IMG/VR virus record: IMGVR_UViG_3300020048_000048
Location: 1-64,000 of that record
Origin: a virus
Reading direction: 5' to 3' (one strand)
Length of the DNA: 64,000 nt
Both the position numbers and the translations under genes were made by a program. Every line of letters begins with the position of its first letter. The first letter of the stretch is position 1. Shown piece after piece: positions 26,662 through 37,192 of the stretch. Below the pieces are notes generated by a model, which had not been told where the DNA came from, did no database searches, and saw nothing but the letters and a program-made list of their open reading frames with translations.

Positions 26662-29224
26662 ATTTTTCCTCTAATAGTCCTCTCATTTTATTAAAAATTC
26701 CTGACGTATTTAAAAACCCATGTTCGTGTTGAATTTGGTTATAAAAATCTATCATAGACGTGTATGCGTGCAAATGATTTTCGTGAAGTTGCTTAGGAAC
26801 TTTAGCATTTTCTAACAATGTTTGAAAGTGTTTTAAAGAAGGAACTTTTTCAATCATATGTTCAATTGCTTTTTTTAAACTATCAGAATGTATCATTTGA
26901 GGAAGGTATGATGGCTTTCTAAACATATCGTTATTTTTGCTATAATGAAACGCCAGTCCATGGTCAATTAAATGAAAACTATTTTCAGATTCTTTATCAA
27001 TCATGAAATTTTTAGAATGTCTGTCTCCATTTAAAATTAACCAGTCAAACATCATCATCTTTGTCAACTCACGCTCTTTTGGCATATGTTCAATTTCACC
27101 ATCATGACCACCTTTTATATTCTTTTGAACATTTAATTTATTTCCATGAACATCTTCACTAATTCCAATATCAGGAACATAATTACCAATACCAACCGCA
27201 TCTGCAATTTTTTTAGCAGACAACTCCCTATCGTTTTGAGAAAATCCAAAACTTGGAAACCGTCTAATTAATTCAAATGGTGCGTTGTATTTAATAAAAT
27301 GATCATCAATTGGCATTGCAAAGTTAACAGAATGTTGTCTACTGTTTAAAGCACCGTTTAAAGGTATTTCTTTGTTTTGATTATACCCTTCAACATGTTT
27401 TACAACCTTCGTTTCAGCTCCAGTATGTGAAATTACATGAGGAGCAAACCATGAATTTAAAAACTCATGAGGGTTTTTGCAATTTGAAATTCTTTTACTA
27501 ATTTGCTGAGAAGCGGTGGTATTACCAATTCCATCACGAATTGTCACATTTTTTATCCTATGAAGAATGTATTGGTTCCATATTTTCTTATCTACTGGAC
27601 TTTTTATCAAACTCAATAATGGGACTTTGTCAAAGACTATACTATTTTGTAAGTGAGTTTCGTTCAAATGTTGATAAATGGATGGGTGTAGTTTAAAATT
27701 TACAGAATCGTCATTAAACATATCCTTTAAATTTTCATTACTTATTTTGCCATCGCCTTTTAATTTGTTAAAAGCTTTCTCTTGATCGTCTGGTTTTACA
27801 TTCCTATTCTTAACCCAAGCTTTAAAATGATGATAATCTGGAACATTATCTGCGGTCATTTTACAGATATTTGATGAATATGGGTCCAATTGGTCATCAC
27901 TTTGTGTTGTGGAATTACTTGTTGTAGAATTGCTACTTTTTATAACTTGTTGTGAATTTTCATAATAAGCTTTTTCCAATTTTATTAAAAATGGAACAAA
28001 CTCTTTAAATTTTTTAAAAAAAACTAAATGAGAAGGGTGAACTTGTACACCACCACGAATTAAATATGAAGCTAAAAAATTATTTAATGCCTCTAAATTT
28101 TGGTTACTTAACCAATCTCTAAAATATGGATGGTCTATTTGTAAATTATTTTCACTATTTAGAGATGGAAAATATTTGACAAAATTAACCAACGAATCTC
28201 CACTATTGTCAAAATTTATATGATGACCTACAAAAGAAGTTCTGCATCTTCCTTCTGGTTTGTTATCTAAAAGATACTCATACTCAGATGCGACACTTTG
28301 ACAATCTTGCAATCCATTTCTCTCAGGGAATCCATATAAAACATGATCAAACGGAACTTTCAACTGTGTGTGAAATTTTCCATACTGGGAAGACTCACTA
28401 TAACACGTTGACCATGATGTTACTTTAAACGATTGAGAAGTTTTTGTTTCTTGGTTAAAAGTAAGATAATCAATATCAATGTCTTCATTTCTGTGTAAAA
28501 TTTTATAAAACGTTTTACCGTCAAAAGCAACTGTGTATGGAAAATTTTTTAGCACATAATTTTGGTAATCTTTTATAAAATTTTTATCAATATGGCTTGG
28601 AACTAACTGTGGATTGTTCTTTAAATTATACAAAATCTCGTCAACTTCTTTGTGTTCTGATGAATCGTTTTTTCTTAGCGTTAACAAATCTTCCATTTCT
28701 AATTTAGGGAGTTTGTTTAAAATTTCTTTAGGAACAAATTCTCCCATGTTCAAAATACTTTCTTTAATTTTTAAATTAGAATATACTGATTTTAAATTAT
28801 TTAAAACCATATCACGATCTTCATTTTCAACATACATTAAGAAAAGATAAAAAAAACCTAAATTCCTTTCATTTTTAAAATTGATTTGCAAATTTTCATA
28901 ACCACCTTCCCACTTTTTTTTCATTATTTTCATGTTTTCTAATGGAATTTGTTTTTCACATTTCATAATTCCTGTTAAAATATCAATTGTGTGATAATAA
29001 TTCTCTATAGGGAGTTGGTCAAAATTAAAAACATACATATATTTCCTAACATCATACTGTTTACACAAGTCATTAAGAATTTCTTGATTTGAAGTTTTAA
29101 TACAATATTTAATCAAATCTTCAAAGTTTTGTTCATTTTTTATATAATGTTTTAAAGAAACTTGAATTTCTTCTTCGTTAAACTTAAAATTGTCAAAATG
29201 TTTTAAAAGTTCTTTAAATTCCAT
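26651..29224 (-). CDS. Multi-domain effector: ADP-ribosyltransferase-like domain plus C-terminal PI3/4-kinase/HipA-like kinase
   Basis: ART-like ILHRN...TSWST...SEYEYLL, paralogous to the 21122 domains; kinase VVK...RELSA...FDWLILNGDRHSKNFM...LIDHGLAF. Confidence 0.75.
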   Translation of the reverse strand: MEFKELLKHFDNFKFNEEEIQVSLKHYIKNEQNFEDLIKYCIKTSNQEILNDLCKQYDVRKYMYVFNFDQLPIENYYHTIDILTGIMKCEKQIPLENMKIMKKKWEGGYENLQINFKNERNLGFFYLFLMYVENEDRDMVLNNLKSVYSNLKIKESILNMGEFVPKEILNKLPKLEMEDLLTLRKNDSSEHKEVDEILYNLKNNPQLVPSHIDKNFIKDYQNYVLKNFPYTVAFDGKTFYKILHRNEDIDIDYLTFNQETKTSQSFKVTSWSTCYSESSQYGKFHTQLKVPFDHVLYGFPERNGLQDCQSVASEYEYLLDNKPEGRCRTSFVGHHINFDNSGDSLVNFVKYFPSLNSENNLQIDHPYFRDWLSNQNLEALNNFLASYLIRGGVQVHPSHLVFFKKFKEFVPFLIKLEKAYYENSQQVIKSSNSTTSNSTTQSDDQLDPYSSNICKMTADNVPDYHHFKAWVKNRNVKPDDQEKAFNKLKGDGKISNENLKDMFNDDSVNFKLHPSIYQHLNETHLQNSIVFDKVPLLSLIKSPVDKKIWNQYILHRIKNVTIRDGIGNTTASQQISKRISNCKNPHEFLNSWFAPHVISHTGAETKVVKHVEGYNQNKEIPLNGALNSRQHSVNFAMPIDDHFIKYNAPFELIRRFPSFGFSQNDRELSAKKIADAVGIGNYVPDIGISEDVHGNKLNVQKNIKGGHDGEIEHMPKERELTKMMMFDWLILNGDRHSKNFMIDKESENSFHLIDHGLAFHYSKNNDMFRKPSYLPQMIHSDSLKKAIEHMIEKVPSLKHFQTLLENAKVPKQLHENHLHAYTSMIDFYNQIQHEHGFLNTSGIFNKMRGLLEEKLKF

Positions 29225-29252
29225 AAAAACCTCACTTTTGTTTATTTTAAAT

Positions 29253-29277
29253 AAAAAAAGCCAGTTTAAAACTGGCT
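29253..29277 (-). terminator. Intrinsic terminator after the tail tube genes
   Basis: AGCCAGTTT/AAACTGGCT stem followed by a T-run on the - strand. Confidence 0.7.
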
Positions 29278-29302
29278 AAAAAATTTAAACAAGTACTTAA
29301 AA

Positions 29303-29965
29303 TCAAGAAGTTAATTCTTCGCCAGAATAAGTTTGTTTCATTAGTCTCCCTTGGAACTGTAGTTGTTGTGTACATAATTGTCCAAAGTCAACATTTAAAC
29401 TTCGATTTACAAACCTACAATCCACAATACGCATTGGAGCTACATGCGTGATTTTTTGCTCAACAGATGGATTTGCTCTAGAGGTTTGAATTTGAGTATA
29501 AGCGTTTTCTGCAAATTGTTGATACATAAAATAAATATCAATATTAAAAGTGCAACTTAACAGAATATATGCTGGATTAAATTGATTCAAAATTTCACGA
29601 CTAAACTCCAAGGGACTACCAGTTCGACCCTTAGTTGTGTTTTTTGACTGTGCATAATTCAAAAACTCACCAATTGTATTTTTATCTAAAGCAGGTGGAT
29701 CAAAATTATCATTTGGTCTCGATGCCGAATCGGCAACGATTGATTTTAAAGAATCTTCATCAATTAGTTTAAAAAGTTGCAACGAACCTTGCACACCTTG
29801 ATACAATAAATCAAGATTTGCAACAGGTCCATATTCACCCAAAACATGCACAAGTTGCACATTCTTTTGAATTGCGAATTGAAAGTTTAATGCATGAGCA
29901 ACATTTTCTCCAGAGATCTTGATGTAACATCTTGATCCTGAGTTTACGATTGGAAATTGTGACAT
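29303..29965 (-). CDS. Tail tube protein (paralog 2)
   Basis: NSGSRCYIKISGENVAHA...VHVLGEYGPV...IVDCRFV. Confidence 0.65.
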   Translation of the reverse strand: MSQFPIVNSGSRCYIKISGENVAHALNFQFAIQKNVQLVHVLGEYGPVANLDLLYQGVQGSLQLFKLIDEDSLKSIVADSASRPNDNFDPPALDKNTIGEFLNYAQSKNTTKGRTGSPLEFSREILNQFNPAYILLSCTFNIDIYFMYQQFAENAYTQIQTSRANPSVEQKITHVAPMRIVDCRFVNRSLNVDFGQLCTQQLQFQGRLMKQTYSGEELTS

Positions 29966-29977
29966 TTTATCCCCCTT

Positions 29978-30529
29978 TTATTGCCCAGTTGCAAGATCAA
30001 CGCCGACTTCTACAATTCGGCAACCTAAATAACTATAAACCGCTTGCATAGGTGACCCAGCTTGTAATGAAAAGTTTGCACCAGAAACCAAACAATCTTC
30101 AATTACATAAACTTTTTTCAATTCCGCTGTTGACCCCGTACGAACATAAATGTCAATATCAAATGTGGAACTAAGAAGTAACAATTCGGGAGTAAAAGAA
30201 CATTTAGTAATCAAACTATTTCCATCAGCAGTATCTGACTTCTTAATAACATTCTTTGATCCTTCCCATTGTCCAAGTCTTGTTCCTTCTGGTATAGCTT
30301 TAGAATCACTTATAACATAATCAGAATAACTAATTATCCTAATCTGACCAGACACACCATTATGAAGCATTGGCTCGTTTAATAAAGGCTCATAGTCACC
30401 CAGCGCATGAATCAGTTGAGCAGGAATGCTTTCAGAAAAATTAATGCTCTGAGCCAAAGCCACGTCTTGATTCCCCACTTTAATAACAACTTGAGATCCA
30501 TTTAAAAACGGATTAAGTTTTTTTCCCAT
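29978..30529 (-). CDS. Tail tube protein (paralog 1)
   Basis: LNGSQVVIKVGNQDVALAQSINF...IHALGDYEP...IEDCLV; directly after the sheath gene; start chosen by GGAGG RBS. Confidence 0.7.
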   Translation of the reverse strand: MGKKLNPFLNGSQVVIKVGNQDVALAQSINFSESIPAQLIHALGDYEPLLNEPMLHNGVSGQIRIISYSDYVISDSKAIPEGTRLGQWEGSKNVIKKSDTADGNSLITKCSFTPELLLLSSTFDIDIYVRTGSTAELKKVYVIEDCLVSGANFSLQAGSPMQAVYSYLGCRIVEVGVDLATGQ

Positions 30530-30544
30530 AAATTCCTCCAAAAA

Positions 30545-30570
30545 TAAGCCTTAATTTAAATTAAGGCTTA
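30545..30570. repeat. Perfect 26-bp palindrome between sheath and tube genes
   Basis: TAAGCCTTAATTTAAATTAAGGCTTA. Confidence 0.85.
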
Positions 30571-33225
30571 TTAAATCTCCCTTAGTGCAGAAACGTCTAA
30601 GTGAATAAACTCGGTGGTTTCTACAGGTTTTATTGCAATTTTTGCAACCCTTAAGTTACCTTGAGTTTCAACTACGGTTGGCTTGTAGCCATCTAAAGAT
30701 CCATTTCTTGCAAAAGACCCCAGAATTGAATCAACTGCTTTCGCTAACTGGTCATTAGGAAGATCGGTATTTCTTACACCAATATAATTGTCCAAAGTAA
30801 CACGAACAGTGTCAATAATTTCATCAATGGCAAAGATTACATTTGATCTCTCATAAAACCAAGCCTTAGGGTCGTTGGTTTTTGATTGAGTTGTACAATC
30901 TGGAGAAACCATCTTCCAAGTTCTTGACTTAAGTCCAAAAACCAACAAGCCAGATCGAATTGCTAATTCAATTTGACCACGGTCTTCATGATAGAAGTCA
31001 AATTCATACGATGAAGTAAATAATGACTTTGTTTTCAAATGCCTTACTTGTACAATATTGTACGCCTTGTTTAAAGCGGAAGTTCCAAGTATGCTTTGTG
31101 CACGTCCAGTTGCCAACATTGCTTGAATCATCCATGGAGCAAACCATTTTGAAACACCATTTGCACCAACAGCTTTTACCTGTTGAAATGTGCATGAAGC
31201 CCTTGGTGAAAACAATGTTCCAGCCATTTTTATTGAATCTTGAAAACTCCCGTCAAAACTTAAAAGTGCCAATCTCTCTTTTTTATTTTGAATATTGGAA
31301 GCTGTATTAACAGAAGACAATATCATACTATTTACTGAAAAAATATCATAAGACGATGTTTGGTCAGTGACTTCATCCATAATATCTTGATCAGCATCTC
31401 TTGAAAAACAGGAAACTACTTGACGCACAGGCATTTTCATTGTTCGTTCCATAGCACCAAGAACATCTTCGTTAGAAGTTCCGTTTATAGTTCCGCCAGT
31501 TAAAAATCTTGGATTAGACATAAATAATGGAAGCCCACTTTTTTGAGGAGCTGTTGAGAAAAATGATAGTTGTTCAGTTCCTTCAAAAGCACTTTGAAAT
31601 TCGTAAAAATCTCTCTTAATACCAACAAAAGATTGTGACCCATACGTTGAAATACCCGTTACAACTTCATCCAGATGTTGTGGAGATGTTCCTGCGAACT
31701 CAGGGTTTTCATCTGCATATAAATCTGGGATTGACTTTAAATAAGTTGCCAAATGTCGGAGTGTTCCAAACTTTAACAAACTAATACTTAATGAAGGGAT
31801 ACTTCCATCGCTAAAATTTACAGTAAGTATTTTGTTTTTTATTGTTGCAGTTGCAGACCCAACACCTGCCCAACCCAACTTAAGCATCCATTTTCCACCA
31901 ATAGAGGCTGTTGGAACTCTTTCTGTAGTTTCTGTATTTAGAATATCACACATAACTGTGTACTCTTTTTCAGAAGAAATATGATTCCTTGCAACTGGTG
32001 AAGACACATTTGCTTTAAGGTATATTAGAAAATCAGACTGACCCTCTAACGCAACCTTTGCAACATTAACACAAGATGCTTTTAATTTTAAATAAACTTC
32101 GTTAAACGTAATTTTTTCAATAATATAAACGCCAACATTTTCTTTATTGGGTCCAGCTAATTTTGATGTTAATGGAATATAAATAAATTCACCAACTTTT
32201 GGTTTTACTTTAAATACGCTGTCGCTTAATACAATTTTAAGCTGAGTAGTTAATTTCTCAACAGAAGCTGAAGCAACAACTGCCTGAGCAACATCCATCA
32301 CATTATTTGAAGACCAATTTAAAAATGCTTGAGGGTTTGATGAATAAACCTCTAAACAGTTTGAGGCTCCAAGGGGAGTCTCTTTTAATGACTTAACTTT
32401 AACAGGAGAGTAGCATTCTATGTCACTATTATCTAAATCAACTGTTTCAAAAACAACACTTCCAGATAATGGAACTGTTGAAATTGCCGTAGCAGTAACT
32501 CCTGTAACAATAAATTTAATCCCATTATAAACTAAAGTTGATCCAACTTCAGGAATAGCTACAAAAACTGAGGAAGTAAAGGTTACATTTTTATCTGCTT
32601 GGGAAATAACAACACTGCCTCCATCAACATCAAAAAGTTCAACTTTAGATGAAGTGATTGAAACCCTAGGATCACTTAAAGCCTCAACCACCGTAATATC
32701 GTCAATAACAGATTGTTGACCAATCCTCTCACCCATAACAGCAACTTTAAAGTCGGTTGCTTCACCAAGCCATGTATAAGTAGCTTCTGGTTTTTTTTCT
32801 TCATCAACTTGTTGAATTTGAACTCTTAATGCATTTCCTGAAAGTCCAAAACCCTTTGAAAGTAAAATCCCGTATGATGTAGGGTTTTCAATAATATAGT
32901 AAGCTTGAGTAGACCGATTGGTCTTTGCGACATATACAGTTGGCTGAGGTCCTGTAAATACATTATCAGCCTGTTGAGAGAATAATTGATAAGAAGCGTC
33001 TACAATTGGACCAGCTTTATACACAGCTTTTAATGATTCAAAGTTTGTGAAGTAATTCTGTTGCGGGTCAACAGAGTCGTAAGCAGGACCATCTACAGCT
33101 TCACCAACAACAACCACTGTTTTTGGTGAAGGTACAACGTTTAAAAAACTATCTTGTACTTTTAACGTAGAGTAGACCGCTGGAATTACCATTGGAACTC
33201 CATTAATATTAACTTCTAATGACAT
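30571..33225 (-). CDS. Contractile tail sheath protein
   Basis: IPAVYS...VVVVGEAVDGP N-terminus; FLTGGT..G, KKER, YIG and IKPVETTEFI C-terminal sheath motifs. Confidence 0.85.
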   Translation of the reverse strand: MSLEVNINGVPMVIPAVYSTLKVQDSFLNVVPSPKTVVVVGEAVDGPAYDSVDPQQNYFTNFESLKAVYKAGPIVDASYQLFSQQADNVFTGPQPTVYVAKTNRSTQAYYIIENPTSYGILLSKGFGLSGNALRVQIQQVDEEKKPEATYTWLGEATDFKVAVMGERIGQQSVIDDITVVEALSDPRVSITSSKVELFDVDGGSVVISQADKNVTFTSSVFVAIPEVGSTLVYNGIKFIVTGVTATAISTVPLSGSVVFETVDLDNSDIECYSPVKVKSLKETPLGASNCLEVYSSNPQAFLNWSSNNVMDVAQAVVASASVEKLTTQLKIVLSDSVFKVKPKVGEFIYIPLTSKLAGPNKENVGVYIIEKITFNEVYLKLKASCVNVAKVALEGQSDFLIYLKANVSSPVARNHISSEKEYTVMCDILNTETTERVPTASIGGKWMLKLGWAGVGSATATIKNKILTVNFSDGSIPSLSISLLKFGTLRHLATYLKSIPDLYADENPEFAGTSPQHLDEVVTGISTYGSQSFVGIKRDFYEFQSAFEGTEQLSFFSTAPQKSGLPLFMSNPRFLTGGTINGTSNEDVLGAMERTMKMPVRQVVSCFSRDADQDIMDEVTDQTSSYDIFSVNSMILSSVNTASNIQNKKERLALLSFDGSFQDSIKMAGTLFSPRASCTFQQVKAVGANGVSKWFAPWMIQAMLATGRAQSILGTSALNKAYNIVQVRHLKTKSLFTSSYEFDFYHEDRGQIELAIRSGLLVFGLKSRTWKMVSPDCTTQSKTNDPKAWFYERSNVIFAIDEIIDTVRVTLDNYIGVRNTDLPNDQLAKAVDSILGSFARNGSLDGYKPTVVETQGNLRVAKIAIKPVETTEFIHLDVSALREI

Positions 33226-33311
33226 AAAATGCCTCCTTAAAATGTTCAATTTATTTTAATAAATTAAACTATTGATTTTTTTAACTTATTGTTTTTTAAA
33301 GATTGTTTTTT

Positions 33312-33815
33312 TTAAAAAAACTTAGAAATATTTGACGCAACAGCTATCAAAGTTGCGACGATTCCGAAAAGAATTTTAGTTGTATTAAAAGAAGCTTTTA
33401 TCTCCAAAAGTTCATCTTTCGTTTTTGAAACTTTTGAAGAAACATCCCTATACTGAACAATTTCAGTCTCAGCCTTGGTGATGGCATCTTTATGCGTTGA
33501 TGAATAAGTTAATAATTTTTCAATTTTAATTATTAATTCTTTGTTTGTTTGTAAAAGATATTCCACATCCTTTTTTAACAATGACTGTTCTTGAGATAGT
33601 GGGCGAAGCTCTACATTAAAGTTAACTAATTGTGATTGAATCTCTTTTATTGTTATTTGTAACTCTTTATCTTTTTCTTTCAAAGCCATTTCAACCCTAG
33701 TTAAAGCCCGTGAAGTTACACTCTTATCCTTCCATTGATAAAAGTCTTTTTTCAATTCTTCAATTTTTCCATTAATATTTTTTTCAACTCTATCAAGAGC
33801 CTCAAAATTAGGCAT
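33312..33815 (-). CDS. Coiled-coil protein with C-terminal TM helix (lysis-related?)
   Basis: Heptad repeats, then ILFGIVATLIAVAS. Confidence 0.5.
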   Translation of the reverse strand: MPNFEALDRVEKNINGKIEELKKDFYQWKDKSVTSRALTRVEMALKEKDKELQITIKEIQSQLVNFNVELRPLSQEQSLLKKDVEYLLQTNKELIIKIEKLLTYSSTHKDAITKAETEIVQYRDVSSKVSKTKDELLEIKASFNTTKILFGIVATLIAVASNISKFF

Positions 33816-33830
33816 GGAAAAATCCTCCTA

Positions 33831-34211
33831 TTAAGGTTCTTCTGGTTCAGGGTCAAGTTCTGGTTCAGGATCAAGTTCTGGTTCAGGAGTTTCTATTTCA
33901 AAAGAAACTATTTGAGTATCTTCTAAAGAAAGATTGAAAAATTTTAACATTTCTTTAGCCCACTTCCGATTCGCCATTGCAATTGTAAGCCTACTGTAAA
34001 GATTGTGAATACTAAATGAAAATTGCTTTAATTCTCTTTTGGACTCTCTTAAGTCTGCTAAAAATTCTCCAAGCTCTTTATTTGCCATAGCAATTACAAG
34101 AACTCTTCGATCTTCATCTGTTAAAGCTTCTTCAAGCTGAAAAAACTTATGTGCAAACTTAGGAGGATATGCTATTACATGTTGAAAATAATGTTCTAAA
34201 TTCATAAACAA
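33831..34211 (-). CDS. Hypothetical protein with a PEPELD acidic tail
   Basis: AGGAGG RBS; directly downstream of the capsid gene. Confidence 0.6.
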   Translation of the reverse strand: MFMNLEHYFQHVIAYPPKFAHKFFQLEEALTDEDRRVLVIAMANKELGEFLADLRESKRELKQFSFSIHNLYSRLTIAMANRKWAKEMLKFFNLSLEDTQIVSFEIETPEPELDPEPELDPEPEEP

Positions 34212-34227
34212 TCCTCCTTAGAAAGAA

Positions 34228-35721
34228 TTAAAGATTCCCTTGACCAACGTTATCCAATAGTGCATACGTTTTTGGTTTTGGAAGCATCATACCCCAAATT
34301 GAGAAGTAACAAGATTGATTTGCCAAAGCAACTTGTGCAAAGTCTCGTTTCATCATCATTTCGCCCATGTGAACAACTTGTGCTTTAGTTTGTGACGCTG
34401 ATGTTGGGCGAAGAATTATTGTATCCAAACCGCCAATCCAAGCATCTTTGAATAAAATACTTGTTCCACCAACTTGTGCTTTAACATAACCAGAAAACTG
34501 TACATCACTTGCAGATTTTGCTGAAAAATAAATTTCAAAAGCTTCTGCATCTGATTGATCAACTAAATCAATTTGAATACCACTTCCATCACTTGCTAAA
34601 GTAATTTCTTGGCGAGCCACATACGAACGGTTACCACGATTAATTGCAATAACAGCAATATAAGCTTTACCAGCAGGAAACATTGTTCCTTTTGCTAAAG
34701 ATTCTGTTAATGTAAAGCTTGGTGTAGAAATAATTCCACCAAAACTATTGTTAATCATAGGTGCAACAGGTCTTCGCACTGGTTTGTACTTAAATATAGA
34801 AGATATAAAACTCATAGGACCTTGTGATCCATTAATTGAAAAACCACCATCAACCGAAACATCAGTACCACCAGAAACAGCGTTTTGTTGACTTAGAACA
34901 GAACGTGCCATTGGTAATAATGAATTGCGCAATTCATTAAGTTGATTTGGAGTTGAAAGGGCTTCACCAATTTGACCAAATGAGTTTCTAACGCTCGTTT
35001 GAATATTGTTAATTGCTTCCATAGAAAGTTCACCACCACGAAGGTCATGCACAATACTCATGTCGTTTCCTGCGCCAGCAAAATCACTGGTCCAACCAAA
35101 TCTTTCTTGCTCACCAGTTCTAATCATTTGTTGAAGACCAACAACTTGACGATCAAAAAGGTCATTACCAGAACCATTTTGGAATTTACCAATGCTTGTA
35201 AGTTTTTCACCACTTGCATCAAGAAAACTATCACAACCTAACATTGCGATTTTTTCATAGTGTTGCACAAGTGCGTATGTTGCAGACTTATCAGCCATTT
35301 GAACGATATCAGATGAATATCCACCTGCATCATTTATCATTTCAGCTACTGTTCCAATTGTTTGAGTTACTGCATACATATGAAGACCAACAGATGCAGT
35401 AATTACTTGCATAGAAACATCAACACCGTGAACACCTTGTCCAACTGAATAGTCAGCATTCCCAGAGCCAATAGCTTTGGAAGTTTCTACTCTATAGGAG
35501 TGAACTAATTGATTTACTTGTTTTGTTTTAATTCCTTTGAAAACTTTGATTTCATCGTCTGTTGCACAAACTGAATAAAGTTCAGCATCAACAGAATCAA
35601 TTGCCATAGACTGTAAACCAGTCTTACCGTGGTTCGCTCCACCAACTGATGGTGCGGAATTGAATGATTTTAGAACTTGCATTGTTGTTGCGAGTTCCTT
35701 TTTTAACGCTTCAATAGTCAT
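34228..35721 (-). CDS. Major capsid protein
   Basis: 497 aa; N-terminal propeptide ending VLKS as in Herelleviridae-type capsids; strong RBS, late box and downstream sheath operon. Confidence 0.75.
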   Translation of the reverse strand: MTIEALKKELATTMQVLKSFNSAPSVGGANHGKTGLQSMAIDSVDAELYSVCATDDEIKVFKGIKTKQVNQLVHSYRVETSKAIGSGNADYSVGQGVHGVDVSMQVITASVGLHMYAVTQTIGTVAEMINDAGGYSSDIVQMADKSATYALVQHYEKIAMLGCDSFLDASGEKLTSIGKFQNGSGNDLFDRQVVGLQQMIRTGEQERFGWTSDFAGAGNDMSIVHDLRGGELSMEAINNIQTSVRNSFGQIGEALSTPNQLNELRNSLLPMARSVLSQQNAVSGGTDVSVDGGFSINGSQGPMSFISSIFKYKPVRRPVAPMINNSFGGIISTPSFTLTESLAKGTMFPAGKAYIAVIAINRGNRSYVARQEITLASDGSGIQIDLVDQSDAEAFEIYFSAKSASDVQFSGYVKAQVGGTSILFKDAWIGGLDTIILRPTSASQTKAQVVHMGEMMMKRDFAQVALANQSCYFSIWGMMLPKPKTYALLDNVGQGNL

Positions 35722-35747
35722 TTGTAGACCTCCTTAAAATTTCTTAT

Positions 35748-35755
35748 TTATTTTA
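35748..35755 (-). promoter_or_regulatory. Late-type TAAAATAA box for the capsid gene
   Basis: Same box at a similar distance before sheath (33251), fibres (2261, 40104, 63844), protease (56000) and MuF (53614). Confidence 0.65.
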
Positions 35756-35796
35756 AGAAGATTTTTAGTTAATTTATTAAGATGGGGTTTTGGTTA

Positions 35797-35991
35797 TTAC
35801 AACTTATTGTTTTTATGAATAATTTTAAATGGCAAAACTTGATCACTTTTAATAACCTTAAACAAAGAAATTTTACTTCCTAATTTAAAAATAGTACCAC
35901 AGGAGTTTGAATAGAAAATATCAAGATTTAAGTCTTGTGGTTTTTCATTATTCCACTTAAAATTCTTTAAAAATACAAATTCAAAAACCAT
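35797..35991 (-). CDS. Small hypothetical protein
   Basis: 64-aa ORF with GAGG RBS. Confidence 0.4.
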   Translation of the reverse strand: MVFEFVFLKNFKWNNEKPQDLNLDIFYSNSCGTIFKLGSKISLFKVIKSDQVLPFKIIHKNNKL

Positions 35992-35993
35992 TT

Positions 35994-36674
35994 TTAAACC
36001 TCTTTAGGAGCCATTGGTTTTCTTTGAAAATCCAATGTAACACCTTCTTTAGGACTGACGCTTGAAAATCTAAACTTTAATGCTTCAAGGTCTGAATTTA
36101 TGGAAACAACATTAAATGGAACATCTTTTTCTAAAACTTGAACACTGTATCTCATTTCTAAAGGAGTGTAATAAACACCTTGATAAATTTCATAGCCAGT
36201 TCTTTTTACTTTCATACAACCATAAGCACATGGAGTGTCTGTCATTAATGGGTAGTCTGGATGGATTAAGTAACCCTCGTACTCTTTTCTTTCAAGGTTT
36301 AGAGGTTTATTAAACCCATGGACCAAAGCAATAGCAAACCCTCTATGGATCTTTTCTTCAAACATCTCTGAATTTAATTCATATTCCAAATCCTGAGAAG
36401 TTTCTTCATTATAATCTTTACAAGAAACTTCAACCATTAAGCATGTAGCTAATAAATTTAGTTTATTAATTTTATTAACACTCCATCCAATTTCAGGATA
36501 AAATGGAGGCAATTTGTAATAATTTTGAGACTCTGTAAATGACTTATAATAAAAGTCATGAACTTCACAATGAGGAAGTGCATCTAAGTACATTACTGCC
36601 TTAGATATTGGCATAAAATACAAACGTCTTAATACCATATTTGTTGATTCTAATGATGTAAAGGGAATTAGCAT
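35994..36674 (-). CDS. Hypothetical protein
   Basis: 226-aa ORF. Confidence 0.6.
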   Translation of the reverse strand: MLIPFTSLESTNMVLRRLYFMPISKAVMYLDALPHCEVHDFYYKSFTESQNYYKLPPFYPEIGWSVNKINKLNLLATCLMVEVSCKDYNEETSQDLEYELNSEMFEEKIHRGFAIALVHGFNKPLNLERKEYEGYLIHPDYPLMTDTPCAYGCMKVKRTGYEIYQGVYYTPLEMRYSVQVLEKDVPFNVVSINSDLEALKFRFSSVSPKEGVTLDFQRKPMAPKEV

Positions 36675-37192
36675 AACGAGTCTCCTGTTAAATTTTTAAA
36701 CAAACTCACAATAGTTTGAATAAATTGTTTTTTAGAAATAGATTCTTGTGTTTCAAACACAATCTTATTACCAACTGTCATAATTAAGTCAGTATTTTCA
36801 AAATTAAGCAAAAATTGATTTGAACTTTTTTTATAATTCAAATTTTTCTTTGAAAAAATAACCTCCCAACCTTTGTCAGAAATTGAAACACAACTTCCAA
36901 GCATTGATATAACGGAAGTATTGGCATCTGTCAAGATCGTTTTACCTGAAATAAGATAATAATCGAACTCTTGAATGAATTTTTCTTGAGTTTTTAAAAA
37001 ATTAACCTTTTCCTTTTCTTTCTGGTATGAATTTTTTATTTTTTGATCAATCAAATCTTTATGTGCATGTGAACATAAAACTTGAATCGTCTTTTGACCA
37101 ATTTTACAACCATGATAAAGTGTATTTGAATAAATTTTCATTTCACTGCTTGATCTTTTTTTAAGACTTACTAAATAAAAACTCACCTTCAT
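36668..37192 (-). CDS. Hypothetical protein
   Basis: 174-aa ORF. Confidence 0.55.
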   Translation of the reverse strand: MKVSFYLVSLKKRSSSEMKIYSNTLYHGCKIGQKTIQVLCSHAHKDLIDQKIKNSYQKEKEKVNFLKTQEKFIQEFDYYLISGKTILTDANTSVISMLGSCVSISDKGWEVIFSKKNLNYKKSSNQFLLNFENTDLIMTVGNKIVFETQESISKKQFIQTIVSLFKNLTGDSLC

